DNA of 64,000 nucleotides from Flavobacterium sp. (GTDB lineage Bacteria; Bacteroidota; Bacteroidia; Flavobacteriales; Flavobacteriaceae): NCBI GenBank assembly GCA_039931915.1, contig JBDTRA010000005.1, positions 16,365 to 80,364 of the forward strand, read 5' to 3'. Shown piece by piece: positions 1 to 8,700 of this stretch (position 1 is its first letter; each line of letters starts with the position of its first letter). The notes under the pieces were generated by a model. It saw only the letters and a program-made list of their open reading frames with translations, ran no database searches and was not told where the DNA came from. The position numbers and the translations under genes were made by a program.

Positions 1-218
1 GCCTGTGACCTTGGATTCACTTCCTTTGAAACTGAATAAATAAACTGCTGAACCGTTTCTTCTGTAATTTTCAGTGGAGAAACTTCTATTTGATTATTTT
101 CTAAAAAATGACACAATCGCTCAATATCAAAACCATAGTTTTCGATTGTATTTTTAGACAAACCGCGTTCTATTCGTAAATACGATTGATAATCTTTTAT
201 AAATGTGTTCCAATTCAT
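1..218 (-). CDS. xerD: tyrosine site-specific recombinase XerD-like, N-terminal part (gene continues past left edge)
   Basis: Minus-strand ATG at 216-218. My translation is MNWNTFIKDYQSYLRIERGLSKNTIENYGFDIERLCHFLENNQIEVSPLKITEETVQQF. The YLxxERGLSxNTxxxY pattern is the N-terminal core-binding domain signature of XerC/XerD. The gene is absent from the ORF track because it is truncated by the window edge. Confidence 0.7.
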   Translation of the reverse strand, partial: MNWNTFIKDYQSYLRIERGLSKNTIENYGFDIERLCHFLENNQIEVSPLKITEETVQQFIYSVSKEVNPRSQ

Positions 219-245
219 GTTTACAAAGTAAAACATTTTTAGGCA

Positions 246-275
246 TAAAAAAACCTTCCTGATTGGGAAGGTTTT
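246..275 (-). terminator. rho-independent terminator downstream of the porin-like pseudogene
   Basis: Stem aaccttcc (252-259) pairs with ggaaggtt (266-273). On the minus strand it is followed by a T-run (plus-strand A-run 247-253). Confidence 0.55.
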
Positions 276-302
276 AATGTACTACTAGAATTTTAAATGT
301 TT

Positions 303-885
303 TTAGAATTTATATCCAACAGATAATGAGAAAACACTATTTTTAATTTTTGTATCATTTCCTTCTTCAGTATCAAGAATATTAGCTAAACCTAAATTAT
401 AACGAATACCTGCTGAAAGATTTTCTGTAAAATCATATCCTGCTCCAAAGTTAACTCCAAAGTCAATTGATTTAAACGAATCTTTAACATTCTCATCTTC
501 GTCCCCAGCTTTAGCCTTAGCACTTAATAAAAATCCAATTTGTGGCCCAGCTTCTAAACTAAATTTATCAACTACATAAAATTTTGCCATTACTGGAACA
601 TTTAGATAATCCAAATTATATTTTAGATCGTCACCACCACCATCAGCCTCGAATTTAGTTCCCTGTGTAGCGAACAAAAGCTCTGGTTGAATAGCAAATT
701 TTTCAGAAAGTTTGATTTCAGCAAAACCACCAACAAGAAAACCAACTTTTGAAGAATTATCTTCAATATCATCACCTGTTAAGTTAACAAGGCTGATTCC
801 TCCTTATAACTCCAAATTTAACCCCTTGTGCATTTGCGAATCCAAATGCTAAAATTGCAATCGCAGATAAAATAATTTTTTTCAT
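303..885 (-). pseudogene. porin-family outer-membrane beta-barrel protein, frameshifted
   Basis: Minus-strand ATG at 885 gives MKKIILSAIAILAFGFANAQGVKFGV, then a stop. The downstream frame (track ORF 303-677) continues the same protein (..AIQPELLFATQGTKFEA..GYKF). Removing one T near 806-807 (gttAtAAgg) restores GVKGGISLVNLTGDD, which is collinear with the paralog at 1237-1797. Confidence 0.7.
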
Positions 886-1236
886 TTTTTTTTGATAAAT
901 TAATTTTGATTATTTAGTAGGACAAATCTATATTAATTAACATTTACAAACCAAATTAAATTATAAAATAATTATACAAAAACGTTACAAAAATCTTATC
1001 AAAATAAATAGAAATCTAGATATCAAACGATTACATTTTTAAATATCACCAAAAACAGTTAGGCAAAAAACATTTAAATTATTAGTAAAATTCTCTCTTA
1101 ATGTTGATTTTTATAAATTTACCTAGTTATTTTCGTCATAAAATGGTAATTTTAAAACTTGAAAAACAATAAATATAAAAAGGATGAGTTTTTATTTGTA
1201 GTAATTTGTATTAATCAAAAATTAAAATCAAAAATT

Positions 1237-1797
1237 ATGAAAAAAATATTTTTAGCAGCCGTTTTGTTCCTGGTAGCATCGGCATCAATTCAGGCACAAT
1301 TAGTAAAATTCGGAGTAAAAGCCGGGGTTAACTTTGCAAACCAGACAGGAGATGCAACTTTTGACGGAGATGATTTTAACAAAGAAGGAATCACAAGCTA
1401 TCACGCAGGTGTAGTGGCAGAAATTAAATTATTAGACAGATTTGCTATTCAGCCGGAGCTTTTATACTCAACACAGGGAGCAACTTATAAAAATGCTGTT
1501 AGTGAGTTTAAAAATGAATTAGGCTATCTATCAATCCCCGTAATGGCAAAATTCTACCTTACCGATTCTTTTAGTCTTGAAGTGGGACCACAAGCTTCCT
1601 TTTTATTAAGCGAAAAAAACGATTTTGATGTAAAAGATGCCGAAACTTTTGAATTTGGTGTAAATGCGGGATTAGGATTTAAACTTACCGAGAACTTTTT
1701 TGTTCAGGGCCGTTATGGCTTAGGATTGACAGATGCTTCAAAAAATGCGGATGTTAAAAATTCAACTGTACAATTATCAGTTGGATTTTTGTTCTAG
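1237..1797 (+). CDS. porin-family outer-membrane beta-barrel protein
   Basis: Internal ATG at 1237 gives the signal peptide MKKIFLAAVLFLVASASIQAQ. Alternating beta-strand pattern with a C-terminal aromatic residue (VGFLF). Paralog of the 303-885 gene. Confidence 0.75.
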   Translation: MKKIFLAAVLFLVASASIQAQLVKFGVKAGVNFANQTGDATFDGDDFNKEGITSYHAGVVAEIKLLDRFAIQPELLYSTQGATYKNAVSEFKNELGYLSIPVMAKFYLTDSFSLEVGPQASFLLSEKNDFDVKDAETFEFGVNAGLGFKLTENFFVQGRYGLGLTDASKNADVKNSTVQLSVGFLF

Positions 1798-1820
1798 AAA
1801 TAATATCACATAGTTTTATA

Positions 1821-1852
1821 AAAACCGTTCTGTTAATTAGAACGGTTTTTTT
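1821..1852 (+). terminator. rho-independent terminator
   Basis: aaccgttc / gaacggtt stem followed by a T-run, directly after the porin gene stop. Confidence 0.6.
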
Positions 1853-1964
1853 ATTTTTACCCAATTCAATGACAATTGCAAAAATCAATTGCAATGGCAA
1901 TATCAAATATTATGTCAAAGGCAATTAAAAAATCAATTTAATACAAAATCAAAATATCTTACCT

Positions 1965-2378
1965 ATGAAAATTGCCATCATTAACGGACCTAATCTGAAT
2001 CTTTTAGGAAAAAGAGAACCCGAAGTTTACGGAAGCCAGACTTTTGAAGATTATTTTGAAAGATTGGAACACAAATTTCCAAACGTTGAACTTTCCTATT
2101 ATCAAAGTAATATTGAAGGCGAGCTGATTGGTAAAATTCAGGAAGTTGGTTTTACCTATGATGGAATAATCTTAAACGCCGGTGCTTATACACATACCTC
2201 TATTGGTTTAGGTGATGCTATAAAAGCGGTGACAACTCCTGTTATCGAAGTACACATTTCGAATACATACGCACGTGAAAGTTTCAGGCATCAATCCTAT
2301 TTATCAGGAAATGCAAAAGGAGTAATCTTAGGTTTTGGTCTAAAAAGTTATGAGTTAGCCATTCAGTCGTTTTTATAA
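1965..2378 (+). CDS. aroQ: type II 3-dehydroquinate dehydratase
   Basis: 137 aa. MKIAIINGPNLNLLGKREPEVYG..NAGAYTHTSIGLGDA..EVHISN is the classic AroQ signature and length. Confidence 0.93.
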   Translation: MKIAIINGPNLNLLGKREPEVYGSQTFEDYFERLEHKFPNVELSYYQSNIEGELIGKIQEVGFTYDGIILNAGAYTHTSIGLGDAIKAVTTPVIEVHISNTYARESFRHQSYLSGNAKGVILGFGLKSYELAIQSFL

Positions 2379-2384
2379 AATAAT

Positions 2385-2446
2385 GTCACCCTGAGCGAAG
2401 TCGAAGACTATCCGGGAAAAAGGGTTTGATTCCGCTCAGCCTGATA
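2385..2446. repeat. REP-like intergenic hairpin (gtcaccctgagcgaagtcgaag ... gattccgctcagcctgata)
   Basis: Imperfect inverted repeat: ctgagcgaagtc (2391-2402) against gattccgctcag (2428-2439). The same motif family (gcgaagtcgaa...ctcgactccgc) recurs at 15266-15300 and 17654-17690. Confidence 0.6.
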
Positions 2447-2513
2447 TACAATTTAACAATTATTTAATAGCCTCAATTTTAAGTTGTTCTATTTTTGTAA
2501 GAGAAAAACTTCC

Positions 2514-5003
2514 ATGAGAAACTATATTTTATTTGCCTTTTTATTTTTTTCGCTTTCCAACTTTGCCCAAATAAAAGGAACCATAACCGATGAAAAAGGA
2601 AATCCCCTGCCTTTTGTTTCCGTTTTTGAAGAAAACACGTATAGCGGAACCACCTCAAATGAACAAGGAAAATACCAGCTTAATGTAAAAGAAGCCGGCA
2701 AAAACAAAATTATTTTTCAGTATCTCGGGTTCAAAACTCAAAAAATAACGGTTTCACCAGATTCGAAAACAATTATTTTAGATGTAAAAATGCAGGAAGA
2801 AAGTTTTGCGTTGAATGAAGTTATCATTGATCCTAAAAACAATCCTGCAAATGCCATTATCAGAAGTGCCATTGCTAATAAAAAAGAAAACTCCGGAAAA
2901 ATATCCCGATATACCGCTGATTTTTATTCGAAAGGAATGTTTAAAGTCAAAGACCTGCCTAAAAAAATATTAGGCCAAAAAGTAGATCTTGGCGAAGATA
3001 TGGCTTCAAATCTGGATTCAACCGGAACAGGGATTTTATATTTATCAGAAACTATTTCTAAGATAACCTTTGAAAAGCCAAACAAACTCAAAGAAAAAAT
3101 CATAGCCTCAAAAATCTCAGGAAACAATAGAGGATACAGTTACAATACAGCCGCATTATCCACTTATGATTTTTATGATAATACGTTAGATTTTGATGTA
3201 AAGCTAATTTCCCCAATTGCCGATAATGCCTTCAATTATTACAAATACAAACTTGAAGGGACTTTTTTCGACTCGAACAATAAAGAAATATATAAAATCA
3301 AAGTACTACCAAAACGAGATAAAGAACCTGTTTTTGAAGGTTACATTTATATTGTTGATGATAGTTTTGCCTTATATGCAATAGATTTCGATATAAAAGG
3401 CTATCGAATGAAAAATGAATTTACTGAAGTCATGAACTTAAAACAAAGCTTCAGTTATAATTCAGGAAATAAGATCTGGTCTAAAAACGCGCAGACACTC
3501 TCTTTTAATGCCGGAGTTTTTGGAATTAAATTTTCAGGGAATTTCAATTATGTTTATTCAAATTATGAATTTCCGGATTCGTTTGAGAAGAAAACTTTCG
3601 GAAATGAAATCGTTGCTTTTGAAGCTAATGCCAACAAAAAAAACGAGGCTTTTTGGAATCAGATACGCCCAATTCCGTTAACAATTGAAGAAAGTTCTGA
3701 TTACACCAAAAAAGACAGCCTTCAAACGATTAGAAAATCACAGAAGTATACCGATTCTGTAGATGCAAAAAATAATAAATTTAAAATTTGGGCTATTTTA
3801 AAGGGCTATGAATACAAAAACACTTTCAAAAAATACTCATTTGAATATGACGGTTTATTAAATATAACTTCTTTGAGTTTTAATACCGTTCAGGGCTTTA
3901 ATTTTGATTCGGGATTCTCATTCAAAAAATGGAATGAAGAGGAAGGCAAAAGCACTTCAATAAAAACTGTTTTCAATTACGGCTTTTCTGAGGAGCGTTT
4001 TCGTGTTCTTGGTGAAATCAATCATAAATTCAACAATATCAATTATGCAACAATTGGTATTTCCGGAGGCACTAAATTGGCTCAGTTTAATAGTGCGGAA
4101 CCCATAAGCAAATTTATAAATTCGATAAGTTCCTTGTTTTTTAAAGACAATTATATGAAGTTGTATAATTTGGAATTTATTCAAATCAATTATTCCCAAG
4201 ATATTGCAAACGGAGTAAATTTGTCTGCAAAAGTGGCTTATGAACAGCGAAAACCGCTTTTTAATACAACAGATTATTCCTTCTTTAAAAAAGACGATAT
4301 TTATTCTTCAAACAATCCATTGGCGCCAAATGATTTTGAAACCCCGGCTTTTGATCCTCATCATTTATTTAAAGCCAATATAAGTGCCCGGATTAATTTC
4401 GGAAATAAATACATTTCAAGACCAGACGGAAGATATAATCTTAAAGATGATAAATACCCTACCCTGTTTTTAGCATTTGAGAAAGCGTTCGCCGCAACTG
4501 AGAAGAACTACGAATTTGAACGGATAGGAGCTTCTGTACAATATGATTTATCCTTGGGAAACAAAGGTGTTTTGGGGATGAATTTCAGGGCTGGAAAGTT
4601 CTTTAATGCCGAAAATATCTCTTTTATAGATTACAGGCATTTTAACGGAAATCAAACCCATATCGGGACAAGCAATCGTTATCTGAATGTTTTTAATTTA
4701 ATGCCTTATTACACAAACAGTACAAACGACAGTTATTTTGAAATGCATTTAGAACACAATGATACCGGGTTTATTATGAATAAAATTCCGTTATTGAATC
4801 TCCTAAAATCGACTATGACTCTTGGTTTTCATTCGCTGGCAATCCCTGACAAAAAACCATATACAGAGTTTACAATTGGTTTAGATAACCTTGGTTTCGG
4901 AAAATTTAAATTTTTCAGGGTAGATTATGTACATTCTTATCAAGGTGGCATTCAACAAAATGGAGTTGTTTTTGGATTAAAGATTCTGAATGTTTTAGAC
5001 TAA
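2514..5003 (+). CDS. CarboxypepD_reg-like plus DUF5686-like outer-membrane-associated protein
   Basis: ATG at 2514 gives the signal peptide MRNYILFAFLFFSLSNFAQ, then IKGTITDEKGNPLPFVSVF (carboxypeptidase-regulatory-like fold). The long C-terminal part is typical of the Bacteroidota DUF5686 family. The family name comes from memory of similar proteins. Confidence 0.6.
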   Translation: MRNYILFAFLFFSLSNFAQIKGTITDEKGNPLPFVSVFEENTYSGTTSNEQGKYQLNVKEAGKNKIIFQYLGFKTQKITVSPDSKTIILDVKMQEESFALNEVIIDPKNNPANAIIRSAIANKKENSGKISRYTADFYSKGMFKVKDLPKKILGQKVDLGEDMASNLDSTGTGILYLSETISKITFEKPNKLKEKIIASKISGNNRGYSYNTAALSTYDFYDNTLDFDVKLISPIADNAFNYYKYKLEGTFFDSNNKEIYKIKVLPKRDKEPVFEGYIYIVDDSFALYAIDFDIKGYRMKNEFTEVMNLKQSFSYNSGNKIWSKNAQTLSFNAGVFGIKFSGNFNYVYSNYEFPDSFEKKTFGNEIVAFEANANKKNEAFWNQIRPIPLTIEESSDYTKKDSLQTIRKSQKYTDSVDAKNNKFKIWAILKGYEYKNTFKKYSFEYDGLLNITSLSFNTVQGFNFDSGFSFKKWNEEEGKSTSIKTVFNYGFSEERFRVLGEINHKFNNINYATIGISGGTKLAQFNSAEPISKFINSISSLFFKDNYMKLYNLEFIQINYSQDIANGVNLSAKVAYEQRKPLFNTTDYSFFKKDDIYSSNNPLAPNDFETPAFDPHHLFKANISARINFGNKYISRPDGRYNLKDDKYPTLFLAFEKAFAATEKNYEFERIGASVQYDLSLGNKGVLGMNFRAGKFFNAENISFIDYRHFNGNQTHIGTSNRYLNVFNLMPYYTNSTNDSYFEMHLEHNDTGFIMNKIPLLNLLKSTMTLGFHSLAIPDKKPYTEFTIGLDNLGFGKFKFFRVDYVHSYQGGIQQNGVVFGLKILNVLD

Positions 5004-5261
5004 AAATTATTAGCACGCAGATTTGGCAGATTTAAGCAGATTTTTTATTTTTCTTAAAAATGCAAAAACTCTTTAACAGCGGGCTACGTTAGGGATAGGA
5101 ACGATATCCTTGGATATGAATCTTTCTTCTTCAAGGATAAAAAATTTTATTTTTTATCTTTGTTTATTTTTTAAATATCACTAAAAGTGGGTATTGTTTA
5201 TATATCTTTTTTTGACTGAATTTGCACCAGATTTTAAATTTTATAAAAGCAAATCTGACCT

Positions 5262-5708
5262 ATGAAAAAACAACTACTATTTGTGATATTCCTATTTTCC
5301 TTTATAACGAATGCGCAACAAAAATTGACCTTTGGTTATGATACTGCAGGAAATCAAACCAATCGGACTTTATGCTTAAGCGGCTGCAGTGCAAAACCAG
5401 CAAAAGAAATAAAAGAAATCGAAGCTCTTGTGGAAGAAGATTTGGAGAAATTCTATCCGGAAGATGTAATTTCTTACTATCCGAACCCTGTAAAAGAAGA
5501 ATTATATCTCCAATGGGAACTTTCAAAAGAAAACTATGTAGCTTCTATACAAGTTTTTTCCATTACGGGTCAACTGTTAAAACAATATGTGACAGGTAAG
5601 ACAAATAATCAAAATATCCCTTTTCAGAATTATCCAACTGGTATATATGTCGTTTTGGTGAAATACAATAACGGAGAAGAAAAATCCATTAAAATTATAA
5701 AACAATAG
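5262..5708 (+). CDS. small secreted protein with one YD-type repeat and a T9SS type A C-terminal sorting domain
   Basis: Signal peptide MKKQLLFVIFLFSFITNAQ. LTFGYDTAGNQTNRTL resembles an Rhs YD repeat. The C-terminus YPNPVKEELYL...TGIYVVLVKYNNGEEKSIKIIKQ is Por_Secre_tail-like. The stop lies 1 nt before the Rhs ATG. Confidence 0.75.
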   Translation: MKKQLLFVIFLFSFITNAQQKLTFGYDTAGNQTNRTLCLSGCSAKPAKEIKEIEALVEEDLEKFYPEDVISYYPNPVKEELYLQWELSKENYVASIQVFSITGQLLKQYVTGKTNNQNIPFQNYPTGIYVVLVKYNNGEEKSIKIIKQ

Positions 5709-5709
5709 C

Positions 5710-8700
5710 ATGAAACAATTCTACATTACCCTATTCTTTTTATCATTAAGTCTATTTGCTTCTGCACAAAAAAATGAAGGAACTCCTGTAAAAAACATAA
5801 CTATTATAAAAAGGGCCGATAATAGTTCGGAAACTGAAAAAGCAATTTCAACTTCAAAATCGGCTTCTACAGCAAGAAGTCTTACGACAGCTACAACAAC
5901 GCCAACAGGAACTTCTACTGAGGTTGGTATAACTTCAGGTGATTTGACAGTATCCTTAAATGGCTCGGCAAACTATTCAATTCCTATAGCTGTTCCTCCC
6001 GGGATAAATGGTGCTGAACCTCAAATTAGCCTGGACTATGATAGTCAGGGTACTGATGGATTAGCCGGATTTCGTTGGAATATTGCCGGTGTCTCGACAA
6101 TTACCCGTATTCAGTCAACAAAATTTCATGATGGGACTATTAAGGCTATTAACGGATCTGTTACAGATCGTTTTGCGATAGACGGGCAAAGACTTATATT
6201 AAAAAACGGAGGCACTTACGGAGCTAATGGCAGTGTATATGAAACTGAGAATTTCTCAAATATCAAAGTTACTTCATATATAGGCACATATGGTCAATTA
6301 TGGTTTAAGGTGGAATATCCGGATGGTTCTGTCGCTTTATATGGTACCATTAATAATTCTTCATCAAAATCAGTTTGGGGTATAACTTCATGGCAGAACC
6401 CACAAGGAGTTACTATTAATTATGATTATAATTTGATCAATAACGATTTAACTATAAATACGATAAAATATGGTTCACTGGGAAATAATCCGACTATACA
6501 TGAAATACAGTTTGTTTATATAGCCCGAAATCGTGTAGAACAATCCTTCATAGCCGGGGAAAGTGTAACAAGAAATAAAATTCTTAGCAAAATAAAAGTA
6601 TTAGGTAATGGTGCAGGATTTAGGAACTATGCCCTAAATTATGATCAAACATTTTCGCAAAGGTTGATCAGCATTACTGAAACCAGCGGTGATGGAACCA
6701 AAAGCTACAATCCTACTATTTTTGATTATGGGATTGCGAATAATAGTGCTGCTATAAGTTATTTACCTGTACCAACCACATTGGATGTAGGTAATATTGA
6801 TTCCAGGAATGCAGCAACAGTTACAGGAGATTTTGATGACGATGGTAAAATGGATTTTTTATTGTATCCAACCACAGGTCCTGATGCGAAGAAAAAATAT
6901 TGGCTCTATACAGATATTGCATCAGGAGTAAATCAATCTACACCACATAATGTTGGTGCTTTTGAAGATATTTTTTCAACTAAATGGCTTAGCTGGAATA
7001 ACAAGGTCATGCCTCAGGGTTGGACTGTTGTTACTAAAAGTATGGCTAATGCAACTTCTCCTACTGATTATAAATTTACAGTTTATAGTAGTGGAATCAC
7101 TTATCCAATTTATGAGCAATATAGTAAGGTTGTTCAGTTTCCTGCTGACATGGTTAATTCTACATGTTGGTTCGATAATAGTTGCTCTAAAACAACTACC
7201 TCCAAAGTTTTTGACAAAAAAATTATTTCAGGAGATTTTAATGGTGATGGATTAACTGATGTTATCATTATAAATAAAAACACAATAAAAGAAACCTGCC
7301 AGAAAAGAACTATTACGTCGTCAATTTGCGATCAGATTACTGAAACGGTTACGTCAAAAAAAGTTTACTTCATTGATTTAAAAAGAGACCTTACTACTAA
7401 TTATTTTTTTGAAGCAGGAGAATTAGCAGCGAACTTAACAGCATATTCTAAAGTTGAAGTGGCAGATTTTAACGGAGATGGTAAATCAGACTTTTTTGTT
7501 TTTGATAACGGTTCAGTAAGAATTTATACGTTAAGTGATACAAATACTTTAGTTTTATTGTATACCATTACAGGTGATGCTGCAATTTCCGTGACCAAAC
7601 CTATTTTGATCGGGGATTATAATGGCGATAATAAAGCTGATTTTGTAATTCCAAGTGATTACAATAATGCCCTTTGGTATAAATATACATCAACAGGAAA
7701 CATTCTAATTAAAGAAGGAAGAATCTTCAAACCGACCTTAAATCCTAATACTTCTTATGATACTTATGATTTTATTGCATCAGATTATAATAATGACGGT
7801 AAAACAGATTTAATTTATATTCAAAGCAGCAGAAATGCACAGAACACTCTTGGAAGGGTAAATGTAGGCTGCTATGGAAATACTAATGGAGATATTACCG
7901 ATACAGCCACCTGGGCCAATTCGGGATATGTGGCAGATGTTAATATTTATGCACTTCCGATATATCTTCCGCAGAGTAATAAGAATTTATATAATAGTGT
8001 CAATCAGTTAAGTTCAACTCTTGAAGTGGCATTTGTCAATAAAAACAAATTACATTTTTTCTCTTCACTTTATGATATGACAAAAGCTAATCTGCTTACT
8101 AAAATCACAACTGGCAATGGTGTTCAGGAAGGAATAGATTACGTTTCCCTGGACTCAAATAATAGAGATGATTATTCTTATAGCAGTATTTATAGTCCAA
8201 GTAACGGGATCGCAAATTATCCTAATAATGACATTTCAATCAATCCTAATTATTTTGTAGTTTCTAAACTGGAAAAACAAAGTAAGGATGTCTTTAAAAG
8301 GAAACTGTTTAATTATTATGGAGCTGTATTTAATCATCAAGGACTTGGTTTTTTAGGTTTCAGATCTGTGAGCCAAACCAATTGGCACGATGACTCGGTA
8401 CCAATTTTCACAAATGTTGTTAAAAATGATATTGATTTAAGAGGGGCAAGTACCGAAAGTTTCACTGTCCCGAATATGTATTACCCGGATAATGGCCCAG
8501 CCCCTTCAAATTTTGTATCAAAATCAATTACAACCTATAATACCTCAGTTGATGCATTGCAGTCAAATAAGGTTTTTAAACTGAAAACGACAAATGCAAA
8601 ACAGTTTAATGCTTTAGAAAACACCAATACTGAAACCAAAAGCATAGTCTATGATGCAAATAACAATGTTACATCTTCGGCCAATGTAGTAAGTGATGGA

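Noticed and set aside
1159-1236. N-terminal extensions of track ORFs (1159, 2484, 15659, 21275, 25550, 28511, 49332, 51293, 51943, 58446).
   Set aside because: In each case an internal ATG immediately precedes a canonical signal peptide, lipobox or family N-terminus. The extension overlaps an upstream gene, promoter box or terminator.
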